Part shown: positions 49,319 through 59,033 of the stretch, piece by piece
Layout of the letters: every line of letters starts with the position of its first letter
Numbering within the stretch: position 1 is the stretch's first letter
Assembly (NCBI GenBank): GCA_964587655.1
Contig: CAZPMT010000001.1
Coordinates: forward strand, 17,459-81,458
Length of the DNA stretch: 64,000 nucleotides
Direction: 5' to 3'
Source of the DNA: an uncultured Nitrospiraceae bacterium
GTDB lineage: Bacteria; Hydrogenedentota; Hydrogenedentia; Hydrogenedentales; SLHB01
Position numbers and translations under genes: made by a program
The notes under the pieces: model-generated
What the model was told of the DNA's origin: nothing
The model's input: the letters and a program-made list of their open reading frames with translations, nothing else
Databases searched by the model: none

Positions 49319-50086
49319 TCAGTCAAGAGTGTGGAGCAGTTGGCCAAGGCGCGTGTAAGTCTCCTTAAAGCCCGTCTTCAGGGCCTTGATGTATTCCTCT
49401 TGATTCGGGATCCATGGCTCGTGCGGGGCCAACGCCGTCGCCCACTCGAAACGGAACGTTGTTCCGAAACCTTCGAGCACCAGCCTTGCCGACGGCGCCT
49501 CGATGTCAATGGCGGCTTTGTCCGACCAGAGGTCTTTCTTCTGGAAGATGATCAGGTTTGTTCGCGCGAACTTCCGTAGCGCCCCCTGCGGCTCATCGCT
49601 TGCCGATGAGCCGATCACGATCTGCGTCGGCGAGATCTTGCGGCCATCCGGCGCGACGAGGCAGGCCGTTATGCCGCGCAGTCCCACCACGTCATACGCG
49701 ATGCTCATATCCGGAAGCATCGAGACGAGACGGCATTCGAACACGAGGTAGTTTTCCTGCACGCGCGCCGCGGCCGCATCGAGCTTGGGATCGATCTTTT
49801 CGCCCTGTTCGAGCGACTTCGCGCGCCGCAACCGCGTTACGTCCGAGCCCAGCCACACCGCATAGGAATCCGGGGAGAAAAGCTCAGGATACGGGCCCTT
49901 TTCGAGTTGAATCCCCGAGATGAACGTCGCCGGGAAAAACTCAGTCACGAACACCGGCTCGACTTTCGACGCGTCCTCTTTCCCTGTCTTGCAGGAAATA
50001 GTGAAAATGCCGGCGGCCAGCGTAACGCACAGAAGGCGTGTCGGCACGCCCCACCACACGATCATCCGCTTCAAACGCAGGGTCAT
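49319..50086 (-). CDS. hypothetical lipoprotein
   Basis: signal peptide with lipobox (..TISC); no recognised domain. Confidence 0.45.
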   Translation of the reverse strand: MTLRLKRMIVWWGVPTRLLCVTLAAGIFTISCKTGKEDASKVEPVFVTEFFPATFISGIQLEKGPYPELFSPDSYAVWLGSDVTRLRRAKSLEQGEKIDPKLDAAAARVQENYLVFECRLVSMLPDMSIAYDVVGLRGITACLVAPDGRKISPTQIVIGSSASDEPQGALRKFARTNLIIFQKKDLWSDKAAIDIEAPSARLVLEGFGTTFRFEWATALAPHEPWIPNQEEYIKALKTGFKETYTRLGQLLHTLD

Positions 50087-50517
50087 CAGGATCCTCCTCT
50101 TGGAGGTTTTTCATCGGGCTTGTCTTTCTTCTCGCCCTCGGGCTTGAGCGGGACCTCTTCCTTCTTTTCGGTCCCGTCGCGGCGGAAGACTTTCTGAACG
50201 TTTGCCGGATCATCCGCCGGACCAGTCAGCAGCATCTTGTAGATCGAGGGATACCCGAGGCTGGGGATATACTCCATTTCCAGCCAATACCCCTGTTTTC
50301 CTTTCACGGTCTCCTCGCCAACTATGGCCAGGCGCATCTTGCCGAGCTGGACCGTTCCGCCGTCTTTCGTCTGGCCCCCCGTGACGACGTACCACGCCCA
50401 TGCTCCCACTTTCGGGTTTACCAGTTTTCCAGAGAATACATCGCTGATAACCCCCTATGCCCGCGCTGTTGCGCAAGAGAATACAAGCAGGAGAACGCAC
50501 GCAGCAACGCGCTTCAT
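50086..50517 (-). CDS. small secreted protein gene interrupted by an in-frame TAG directly after the signal-peptidase site (MKRVAACVLLLVFSCATARA-*-GVISDVF...)
   Basis: ATG at 50515-50517, 20-codon signal peptide, TAG at 50455-50457, then in-frame continuation to the 107-aa ORF (MGAWAWYVV...). Confidence 0.35.
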
Positions 50518-50582
50518 TTGATCCGCCTCCATCCGTACATCCAGACCGATGCGATCATCCTATCACAGCGGCTCGGCGCGAA

Positions 50583-50690
50583 TCACTGGCATCGTGGCCG
50601 CGGCGTCCTCGCCGCGTACTCGTCAGGAGCCGCTTTAAGCGAAGCATGTGCGCCGAAACGCGGCGAGGACGCCGCGGCCACGATGCCAGT
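50583..50690. repeat. 33-bp perfect inverted repeat CACTGGCATCGTGGCCGCGGCGTCCTCGCCGCG with 42-nt loop
   Basis: arms 50583-50615 / 50658-50690; same motif family as 21863-22025. Confidence 0.75.
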
Positions 50691-50938
50691 GAACTTGCGC
50701 AGGGGTTAGCGGATGAAGTAAGGGGGAGAGAAACAGCGGGAGCAGCGTCGGGAATGCTCTATCTTTAGGGGGTTATGACTGCCCCACTCGACGTCCATGT
50801 GAGACGTTATATGAGCTGTTCTCGAAACGCTGCTCCAACTGACAGAGCCATTATACCACATTTTGCCGCTGTCAACGGCGGGACAAAGAAAAAATCTGGC
50901 ACGGCTGCAACCCGTTGGCACAGACTGATGTGGAAGCA

Positions 50939-51493
50939 TCACTCGCCGGCGGCGCCGCGCTGGTGCGGCGGTTCTGTGGAATCGTCGTTGCTTAGATACG
51001 CGAGCAACTTGTCCCAATAGGCCAGCACAATCCACAGCAGGAACGGCAATGTGATGGCGATGAACCCGATCGCCGTCGGCAGGGCCGTCTTTTTGGCCAG
51101 GAACGTGAGAAGGATTGTGGCCACGTGAAATACGAAGATGATGCCGATGCCGATGCCCAGAATACGAAGGCGTCTCAACCACTTGATCTTAGGCGTTGCC
51201 AGCACCAGCGCGATGTACGGCGCGATGTTGGTGATCAGGTGGCCGATGTCTTCCATGAGCATAGTGCCGTAAGCCAGGGATGTGTCCGTGTTAAGGAAGC
51301 CGGCCTTCGTGACAATGACATCCCCGATTGGATACTGGACGATGTACTTGAGGATCAGGAACGCAACGTGGCCCAAGACCCAAGTGTACGCCGGCAGGAC
51401 CATCAGCCACAGAACAAGGCAGATCGGCGCCAAGACGAGGAAACGCAGGCATAACCACAGCGTGTTTCGCGCGGGATGCGATGCATCGCTCAT
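50939..51493 (-). CDS. polytopic membrane protein of unknown function, translationally coupled to the upstream exosortase-like gene
   Basis: 5-6 TM helices; start ATG preceded by GGAGG and overlapping the upstream stop. Confidence 0.45.
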   Translation of the reverse strand: MSDASHPARNTLWLCLRFLVLAPICLVLWLMVLPAYTWVLGHVAFLILKYIVQYPIGDVIVTKAGFLNTDTSLAYGTMLMEDIGHLITNIAPYIALVLATPKIKWLRRLRILGIGIGIIFVFHVATILLTFLAKKTALPTAIGFIAITLPFLLWIVLAYWDKLLAYLSNDDSTEPPHQRGAAGE

Positions 51494-52818
51494 GATGGCC
51501 TCCGCCTCACCAGTAACTCGACCCAGCCCATCCACAACGCCACCACGAATACGATGTAGATTCCCTGCCAGATGTATTCGTGAGAGAACTTGAACCACTT
51601 GCCGCCGCTATCGATCGCCCCCACCACCGCCAGACACGCAAGCCGGAGCGCGTTGACCCAGTAGAGAATCGGAAGACCAATAAAGATCCCGGCAAAACGC
51701 TTCCACCAACGCGCCGGAAACGCCAGGATCGCCGCAAGAAAAATCGCCATCGCCTGGACCGCGCCGCAGTCCGGGACGACAATAAAGTTGAACCCTACGT
51801 CTCGCCGCGCCTTCGGGTTTCCCTGTGCGGCTGCGGCTTCCTGCTTGGCCTGTTCTTCCAACTGGGCTGCTTCCGCGCGCTTCTGTTCGATCTGCATCGC
51901 GCGGGCATCCTCCGGCAGCGAAGTATCCTTCTCCAATTCGGCCAACTGCGACTTCGTGTCGGCAAGACGCCGCCCGAAACCCGGTTTCAGCACAAAAGAA
52001 ACCAGCGGGCCGGTATCCCGCTGTTTCATTTGTGCAAGTTTCATCTCCGCGGCCTGGATCTGTTGCGAAGGTGCCGGCTCAGCATACTCGTACGCAATGA
52101 ATCCGCCGATGAGAAGCAACAGTATTCCGACAAGGGCGATGAGGATACCCGCAGTTCGCCAACCTTTGAGGGCGTATATGGTTGCTCCGCACGCAACACT
52201 GACCAGCCCCATTCCGAGCAAGAGCAGCGCACCGGGTATCGAAAGCAGCGCGAGGCAACCGAATGCAGGTACCCAGAACAATAACATGGGATATTCCCGT
52301 TGCAGATCGTAGAATCCCTGGGACGCCTGCAGGATCGCGTCCGATTTCAGCCGCGCCACCTCCTGCTCTGCATCCTTCATGCTCCGCCGGTACGTCGCCG
52401 CCTGGTACTCCCACGCCTCCCACGGAGTGAGCGGCGGCTCCGCGCTCGAGCCGGCCTTCAACGCGATCGGCGGCGGAAGCTTCGGCGCCTCTTCCCCGCG
52501 GCCTAACGCCTCCAACGCCGCCCGCACGGCAGCTTCCCGGCCCCGATACCGTTCCGCGCTGCCCACTTCGCATGAATGACCGACGCGCTTCAAGAGAACC
52601 GTCGTGCTCCGCGCCACCTGAAGGAGGTACCAATCATTGAATTTCGTCCAACGGGCCAGTTCGTAGCCAAAGAGCAGGACAAACACGCTGATCACGAACA
52701 CCGACACGAACATGATGGTTCTGCGCCGCAACGCCTTCTTGCGCCCTGCGTCGGAATGCCCGGATGACGGAGGATTCTCCGGATTCTCTTGCGTCAGTGT
52801 TTCAACGGAATCGGACAT
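51490..52818 (-). CDS. membrane protein with C-terminal exosortase/archaeosortase-like catalytic region (putative)
   Basis: C-terminal FIVVPDCGAVQAM...ARWWKR...YWVNALRLACL resembles the exosortase Cys / Arg / N-x-x-R signature; long hydrophilic coiled-coil N-terminal region. Confidence 0.35.
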   Translation of the reverse strand: MSDSVETLTQENPENPPSSGHSDAGRKKALRRRTIMFVSVFVISVFVLLFGYELARWTKFNDWYLLQVARSTTVLLKRVGHSCEVGSAERYRGREAAVRAALEALGRGEEAPKLPPPIALKAGSSAEPPLTPWEAWEYQAATYRRSMKDAEQEVARLKSDAILQASQGFYDLQREYPMLLFWVPAFGCLALLSIPGALLLLGMGLVSVACGATIYALKGWRTAGILIALVGILLLLIGGFIAYEYAEPAPSQQIQAAEMKLAQMKQRDTGPLVSFVLKPGFGRRLADTKSQLAELEKDTSLPEDARAMQIEQKRAEAAQLEEQAKQEAAAAQGNPKARRDVGFNFIVVPDCGAVQAMAIFLAAILAFPARWWKRFAGIFIGLPILYWVNALRLACLAVVGAIDSGGKWFKFSHEYIWQGIYIVFVVALWMGWVELLVRRRPS

Positions 52819-52949
52819 GCTTCGGATATGCTCCTGTTTGCAGCCGCAGCTTTGCGCCAGAGGATATCAGGTACTCGGACCGACCTGCAAACAGACCTGC
52901 GCCATGTCGGCAATCGATTCCCTACGGATTCGGACACTGCAAACAATAA

Positions 52950-53042
52950 GTGGACGGCGTGGACTTTGTGGACGATGTGGACGCCGAAAAAGATCACCTG
53001 CAGGGTTGCGTCCACTTTGTCCACAACGTCCACGCCGTCCAC
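52950..53042. repeat. ~93-bp hairpin element of 9-bp-periodic GTGGAC/GTCCAC half-sites (copy 2, inverted orientation relative to 18510-18603)
   Basis: GTGGACGGCGTGGACTTTGTGGACGATGTGGAC..loop..GTCCACTTTGTCCACAACGTCCACGCCGTCCAC. Confidence 0.75.
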
Positions 53043-53084
53043 TACTTGGACAAACCCAACTGGCTCCGATTGCCGAATCTAGGT

Positions 53085-54052
53085 CTAGGTACGCACCGAA
53101 CGCCGCAATGCTTCAAGCGCGGAGAGAAAGTCCGCCGGAGGCGGCGTCGAGAAGATCATCTCCTTGCCGGTCCCCGGGTGGACGAACCCGAGGCGTTCCG
53201 CATGGAGGGCTTGGCCTTCGAGGCCTCCGAGCGCCGCCGCCACGGCAGGATCATGCTTCCAAGCAGAGTAATCGACAACGCCGTATACCGGGTCGCCCAA
53301 CACGGGACGTCCCGCGTATCTCAAGTGTACGCGGATCTGGTGCGTGCGCCCGGTCTCGAGGACAAGGGCGACGAAACTTGCGTGGCCGAATCGTTCGAGC
53401 ACCTCGAATCGCGTTACGGCGTCGCGTCCGCGAATGCCCGTGACCGACATCCGCGCCGGATCGGTCATGCTTCGTCCTATGGGGACATTGATCCGCCCGC
53501 GATCTTCGGGAAACTCCCCTCGCACAAGCGCTAGATAACGGCGATCAAAGGAATGCTCGCGGGCCTGTTCCGAAAGGCCGGCGAACGCCCGCGCGGTCTT
53601 CGCCATCACAAGCAGGCCGGATGTGAATCGGTCGATGCGATGTACGATGCCGGGCCGCGTCATGTCGGTTCCCGTCGATTGGAAATCCGGGCAATGGTGC
53701 AGGACGGCATTGACGAGCGTGCCGGTGAAGTGGCCCGGCGCGGGGTGTACAACCAGTCCGGAAGGCTTGTTGACGACGACAACGTCGGAATCCTGATACA
53801 CGATATCGAGGGGGATATTTTCAGGCTGCGGTATCGCCGGTGGCGGCGGAGGGATCTCGACTGCGACCTTGTCGCCGGGGGTCATAGCCCGGCCGGGGCG
53901 CGTGCACACGCCGCCGTTCACGGTAACAAGCCCGTCCTTGATCAGCTTCTTGATGAACGATCGCGACGCGTCTTCGATCACCTCGGTCAGATAGACGTCG
54001 AGCCGGAACTTGTCGAATTCCTCTCCGGCGATATCCTCAAAGGAGCGTTGCG
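53085..54052 (-). CDS. rluD: 23S rRNA pseudouridine synthase, RluD/RluA family
   Basis: S4 domain plus catalytic HRIDRFTSG (HRLD-type aspartate motif); GTG start overlapping the xylB stop. Confidence 0.8.
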
Positions 54053-55563
54053 ACACGGCGGAACCCCGGCGCCAGGGCGCGATAACCGGCCTGGTATTCT
54101 GCGAACCATGCGTCGTACTCGCGCGACCGCCCCGCGTCCGGCGCGCAGGAGTCCACGACGCTGATCGTGGCGTCGCAGGCTTCCTCGACGGAACCGTACA
54201 TCCCCGTGGCGACTGTCGCCAGCAACGCCGCGCCGTACGCCGGACCTTCATCCACGTTGATGAGGACCAGCGGGGCCTTGTTTACATCCGCTTGGATCTG
54301 CCGCCACACCGCGCTCCGCGCGCCTCCGCCGGACGCCCGCACCTGCTCGATTGGAACGCCCATCCCACGGATGATCTCGAGACTGTCGCGCATGCCGAAC
54401 GCAACGCCCTCGAGCACGGCGCGTGCCATGTGCGCCCGCGTATGGCGCAGCGACAACCCGATGAACGCCCCCTTTGCGAACGGGTCCTTGTGCGGCGTCC
54501 GTTCCCCGGTCAAGTAAGGCAGAAACGTGAGGCCTTCCGCGCCGATCGGAATCCGCGCGGCGGCCGCCGTGATGTACTCGTATGGGTCCGCGCCCGTTTC
54601 GGCGGCCACGGCCTTCTCCCCCTGGCACAGCGCGTCGCGAAACCAGCGCAATGAGCCGCCGGCGCTTAACATCACGCCCATCACGTGCCATTTCCCCGGT
54701 ACCGAGTGGCAGAACGTGTGGACGCGCCCCTGCGGGTCCATGCTCACCTTGTCGCTGAACGCGAACACGACCCCGCTCGTGCCGACGGTCGAAGAGATCA
54801 CGCCGCTGCGCACAATACCGCACCCGACGCCGCCCGCAGCCTGATCGCCGCCGCCGGCCACCACGGGAATCCCTTGCGGGAGCCCCGTCTTCGCGGCGGC
54901 CTCCGCGCTGAGCTTGCCGGTCACTTCCGGACCTTCAAAGGCCCGCGGCATGAAATCGCGCGGCACGTCCAGGATCGACATCAGTTCGGTGTGCCACGCG
55001 CGCTTCTTCACGTCGAACAGAAGCGTACCCGACGCATCGGCGACGTCGGTCGCGAATTCCCCCGTCAATTCAAAGCGGATGTAGTCCTTTGGAAGGAGGA
55101 CCTTCCGGACCTTCTCGTATACGTCCGGCTCGTTGTCCCGCAGCCAGAGGATTTTCGGCGCCGTGAACCCCGTCAGCGCGGGATTGCACACCATTTCAAT
55201 CAGCTTCTCCGCGCCAACCTTCGACGTGATATCGTCGCACTGTTTCGCCGTGCGCTGGTCGCACCAGAGGATGGCCGGGCGAAGGACGCGGTTTGACGCA
55301 TCGAGGAACACCGAGCCGTGCATCTGGCCCGTCAGACCGAGGCCCTTGACGTCGGCGGCCTTCACCCCCGGTGCATGCGCCAGTCGCGCCAGCGCATCGA
55401 GCGCCGCTTGTTTCCAGTCCGCGGGATCCTGCTCGGCCCAGTTCGGCTTCGGGCTGTGCAACGGGTACTCGACCAGCGACTTCGCAACTACCTTTCCCGA
55501 TGCATCGACGGCTACGGCCTTCGTTCCGGTCGTTCCCACGTCAAGGCCTACTACAAGCGCCAT
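54037..55563 (-). CDS. xylB: xylulokinase (FGGY-family carbohydrate kinase)
   Basis: MALVVGLDVGTTGTKAV N-terminus, FGGY N- and C-terminal domains, 508 aa. Confidence 0.8.
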   Translation of the reverse strand: MALVVGLDVGTTGTKAVAVDASGKVVAKSLVEYPLHSPKPNWAEQDPADWKQAALDALARLAHAPGVKAADVKGLGLTGQMHGSVFLDASNRVLRPAILWCDQRTAKQCDDITSKVGAEKLIEMVCNPALTGFTAPKILWLRDNEPDVYEKVRKVLLPKDYIRFELTGEFATDVADASGTLLFDVKKRAWHTELMSILDVPRDFMPRAFEGPEVTGKLSAEAAAKTGLPQGIPVVAGGGDQAAGGVGCGIVRSGVISSTVGTSGVVFAFSDKVSMDPQGRVHTFCHSVPGKWHVMGVMLSAGGSLRWFRDALCQGEKAVAAETGADPYEYITAAAARIPIGAEGLTFLPYLTGERTPHKDPFAKGAFIGLSLRHTRAHMARAVLEGVAFGMRDSLEIIRGMGVPIEQVRASGGGARSAVWRQIQADVNKAPLVLINVDEGPAYGAALLATVATGMYGSVEEACDATISVVDSCAPDAGRSREYDAWFAEYQAGYRALAPGFRRVATLL

Positions 55564-55672
55564 GTCTCATCTCCCTCTCGCGTTCGCAATACGGTACTTC
55601 AGACCCCCTGTCTCATACAAAAAAGCAGGGCTAATAACTTAGCCCTGCTCGTGCTCAAATCGTGATGGAGTA

Positions 55673-55867
55673 CTACGACGACTCGCTTATCGAGGCCACG
55701 TTCCGCGCGATCGCCTTTGCCAGCTTGCGACGCCGCTTCTCGCTCGGCTTCTCGTAATGCTTGATCTCCTTGATGCGTTGCATGATGCCCTCCTTATTGC
55801 ACTTCTTCTTGAAACGCCGAAGTGCTTTCTCGAAGGGCTCATCCGGCTTAACCCGCACTTTCGTCAC
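55673..55867 (-). CDS. rpsU: 30S ribosomal protein S21
   Basis: MTKVRVKPDEPFEKALRRFKKKCNKEGIMQRIKEIKHYEKPSEKRRRK, 64 aa. Confidence 0.9.
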   Translation of the reverse strand: MTKVRVKPDEPFEKALRRFKKKCNKEGIMQRIKEIKHYEKPSEKRRRKLAKAIARNVASISESS

Positions 55868-56004
55868 GCAGTTTCAACCTCCTCTCAAGAAAGATTTCGC
55901 GGACTTACCCGCTCGGGCCCAATCAGACCCGCAAATTGACCAAAACCCCGCACCCTTGAACAAAGAAGTATCTTACCAAACTTCCGCTCTCTTGTCAAAA
56001 GTGT

Positions 56005-56457
56005 GTGATTCACGAGGCCGAGCGCGCCCTCGATATCAAAGAGGTCCCTGTCGGCTGCGTAATCGTTCACGATGGCGAGATCATCGGCAAAGCCCACAAC
56101 CAGCGCGAGGTACTGCAAGATCCAACGGCGCACGCCGAAATACTCGCCATCACACAGGCCGCCACGCATCTCGGGACCTGGCGGCTCGAAAACACGAAGC
56201 TCTTTGTTACCCTCGAACCCTGTCCCATGTGCGCGGGGGCCATCATCCTCGCCCGCATTGCCGAGGTGTACTTCGGCGCGTACGACCCCAAGGCCGGCGC
56301 CTGCGGCACCCTGATGAACCTACTCGAAGACACCCGGTTCAACCACCAGCCCGCCGTGTTCCCCGGGTTGCTAGCCGAAGAATGCGGTGCGCTTCTCACC
56401 AACTTCTTCCGCAGAATCCGCGAAACCGGCAGAACACCCCGCCCTGAATCGAACTAG
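56005..56457 (+). CDS. tadA: tRNA-specific adenosine deaminase
   Basis: zinc-binding HAE and PCPMCAGA motifs, 150 aa, GTG start. Confidence 0.85.
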   Translation: MIHEAERALDIKEVPVGCVIVHDGEIIGKAHNQREVLQDPTAHAEILAITQAATHLGTWRLENTKLFVTLEPCPMCAGAIILARIAEVYFGAYDPKAGACGTLMNLLEDTRFNHQPAVFPGLLAEECGALLTNFFRRIRETGRTPRPESN

Positions 56458-56962
56458 CGTAGTCACTCATGCTGCTCGCCGCTCCCGCGAAAGCCCAGCG
56501 CGCGCCGCGAACGTCCAATCCGTCCGATCCGTCCAATACGTCCACGAGGAACCCTCAGCCTAACGCACGACGCGCGCCCCTTGAACGGATTCCTAAGGCC
56601 TCAACGCCAAGACGCCAAGATCCGCCGCCCTTCTTTGTGACGTCGCGTCTTTGCGTTATGCCGTTCGGTTGCCCCTATGCCGCGCCGCAAGAATATGCTT
56701 AATCTGCGTAAAATATAACGGTCGTAAATTGAATACCCCTCGTTTCGCGGGCGGATTCAAGCGGCAAGCGCATCCCCGCCCAACGACCCCAAACCCCACC
56801 CCTTGTCCCGCCATGTACCGTCCATCAGCCGCCTACCGCCATCCACAACCACAAGCCCCCCACCCACTTACCTACAGCCTCCAGCCTACAGTCTCCAGCC
56901 TGACAGTGGAACGCCGTGGGCTATATTATAGAGGGACTTGATCCGAAACCCGGATAGCCACG

Positions 56963-57005
56963 GTACTTTTCGTCCACCAAGTCCACCAGGTCCACTAAGT
57001 CCACA
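56963..57005. repeat. five tandem 9-bp units GTCCACNNN (GTCCACCAA GTCCACCAG GTCCACTAA GTCCACAAG GTCC); related 4-unit array CGTCCRATM at 56513-56548
   Basis: direct inspection; same half-site and 9-bp period as the hairpin elements at 18510-18603 and 52950-53042. Confidence 0.7.
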
Positions 57006-57324
57006 AGGTCCTTATCGCCTACAACATCGCCCTGCTCCAGGTCATGCTCAACCGCGCAGCCGTCTCCATGCGAAACGCCCCCCTTGTCGACGACACCGTA
57101 GCGTCCACCGACGCATACCACATGAAATCGTCCAAACCCAGCGCGCATCTCGAAGCATTCACCAGAATTTCGCGCGAGTACAGGCATTTCGCGACAATGG
57201 TCAAGGCGTCCGAGCCCGTCGAGCCCGACCCGGCGGACTTCTTCAACTACAAAACCCGTACCGCGATCGATACCGACCTTGACCCAGACAACGATCTATT
57301 TCTTCATCTGTGCCACCCCACATC

Positions 57325-57391
57325 GTCATTCCCGCGAAAGCGGGAATCCAGGACCGCACGCACGCTGGATTCCCGCTTTCGCGGGAATGAC
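57325..57391. mobile_element. short copy of the MITE-like element: GTCATTCCCGCGAAAGCGGGAATCCAG inverted repeats separated by 13 bp
   Basis: arms 57325-57351 / 57365-57391 identical to the TIRs of the element at 1078-1224. Confidence 0.5.
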
Positions 57392-57719
57392 GGCGAGGGC
57401 GGGGATGACGACTGGCGCCGGTTTTTCCTTGTCATTATGTCCCTTCCTGCGGCTGCGAACTACTGCAATTTCTTCCTAAGAAAACAAGGTCTTCTTTGTG
57501 TTCTCTGAGTTCTTTGTGGTTGAAATTACACGAATCTGTCCGTTTGGCTGCGGCTATGCCGCGTTGCGTTCTATACATTCCTTCTGTTTGATTCATCGCT
57601 GCGAAACGGAGATGATTGTCGCGGTCTTGACGCGAAGCAACGCGTTGGACATGAGCGAAGGTGGTCCGTGTCGGTGGTGATTGACTTGATTCCTGATTTC
57701 GCAGCGAAAGGACGGGGGC

Positions 57720-59033
57720 ATGTCCGAAAACAGTAGACGCGATTCCTTAGCGGCGCCTCGTTGGGCCGTTCCGGTCGCGATCATGTTGCAGTGCGTGGGC
57801 CTTGCTGCGTGTATCGGGGCGCTGGCGCTCGATTCACGGGCTCTGGCGTGGGTGGGCGCGGTCTATCTTGCGGGCGCGTGGCTTATAGAATGGGCGGGAT
57901 GCATGACGGCGCGTCGGAACCTGAAGGAGATGCCTCTTTTCGGCCACGGGGAGATCGAGTCCGGTCCCTCGGACAGGCTTCCGCCGGTCACGTTGATTGC
58001 CGCGGCGCGCAACGAAGAGAGATCGATTGAAGCGGCTGTGCGTTCGATGGCCGCGATGGAATATCCGGACTTCGAGATCATTTTCGTGGACGATCACTCG
58101 ACGGACGCCACGCCGCATATCCTCGACCGCCTGGCGGAGGCGTACAACCAAGTGCGCGTCTTTCACAATCCGCCCATGCTGATTGGGTGGGCCGGCAAAC
58201 AGAACGCGGTGTGGCACGCGGTTAAGCAGCTCAACCCGGATCGCGAGTGGCTGCTGTTTACGGACGCCGATATCATGTTCGGCCCGACCGTCCTGCGCGA
58301 CGCGGTCCTGTTTGCGGAAAGGGAGAAGATCGATTTCATGACCTGCATTCCGCAGGTGGAAACGGATTCGCTTCTCGAGGAACTCGCGCTGGTCCGAAGA
58401 TGGGCTCACCACTTGGCGTGTTTTCAGTATGGAAGACTGAATGACGGCAAGACGACAGCCCTGGGCATCGGCGCGTTCCTGCTGGTGCGGCGTGAAGCCT
58501 ATCTGGCGGCGGGAGGGCACGCCGCCATCGCGGCCGATCTCTGCGACGACGCGGCGCTTGCCCGGTTATTGAAGAAATCCGGCGCAACGATTGGTTTCTC
58601 GCGGGCCGGAGATCAGTTGCGGTGCCATCAGTACTACGGCTTCCGCGAGACGATGCGGAATCTCGTGCGCAAACAGCAGATCGCGTGTCACGACCGCTAC
58701 GGGGCCTATGTGTCCACAATGCTGCACGCGCTGATCCAGTCGATCCTCCCACTGCCTCTCGCATTCGCGTGTATTGCGGTCCAGATTGCCGGGGGGGCGT
58801 TCTCCGTAGCCTTGACTATGCTCGCGGCGTCGGCCTTCGGACTCTACGCGCAGGGAGTTCGGTCATTCTCGGTCGCGCGGGCGATCTCGCGGATACATTC
58901 CATATCGCCGTTTCTGCATCCGGTGTGCGGCATCTTCCGAATGTGGCAGACGTCCGTCGCGATGTTCCGCAAGGCGTCCGGCAGGGGTTTGGAGTGGCGT
59001 GGACGCGAGGCCGGTGTTTCGGAGCGCTCATGA
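57720..59033 (+). CDS. glycosyltransferase family 2 membrane protein
   Basis: GT2 A-domain (VTLIAAARNEE...EIIFVDDHSTD), flanking TM helices. Confidence 0.7.
   Translation: MSENSRRDSLAAPRWAVPVAIMLQCVGLAACIGALALDSRALAWVGAVYLAGAWLIEWAGCMTARRNLKEMPLFGHGEIESGPSDRLPPVTLIAAARNEERSIEAAVRSMAAMEYPDFEIIFVDDHSTDATPHILDRLAEAYNQVRVFHNPPMLIGWAGKQNAVWHAVKQLNPDREWLLFTDADIMFGPTVLRDAVLFAEREKIDFMTCIPQVETDSLLEELALVRRWAHHLACFQYGRLNDGKTTALGIGAFLLVRREAYLAAGGHAAIAADLCDDAALARLLKKSGATIGFSRAGDQLRCHQYYGFRETMRNLVRKQQIACHDRYGAYVSTMLHALIQSILPLPLAFACIAVQIAGGAFSVALTMLAASAFGLYAQGVRSFSVARAISRIHSISPFLHPVCGIFRMWQTSVAMFRKASGRGLEWRGREAGVSERS

Noticed and set aside
56963-57005. Possible CRISPR array (short periodic repeats)
   Set aside because: The repeat unit is only 9 bp with 3-bp spacers, far below CRISPR repeat/spacer sizes. 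No cas genes were recognised anywhere in the window.
57044-57508. 154-aa ORF in the tadA-GT2 spacer
   Set aside because: It contains the MITE-like inverted repeat in frame (the IPAFAGMT / SFRGNDG peptides arise from the hairpin arms). It has no RBS and no homology features. ORF 1064-1414, read through the first MITE copy, was rejected for the same reason.
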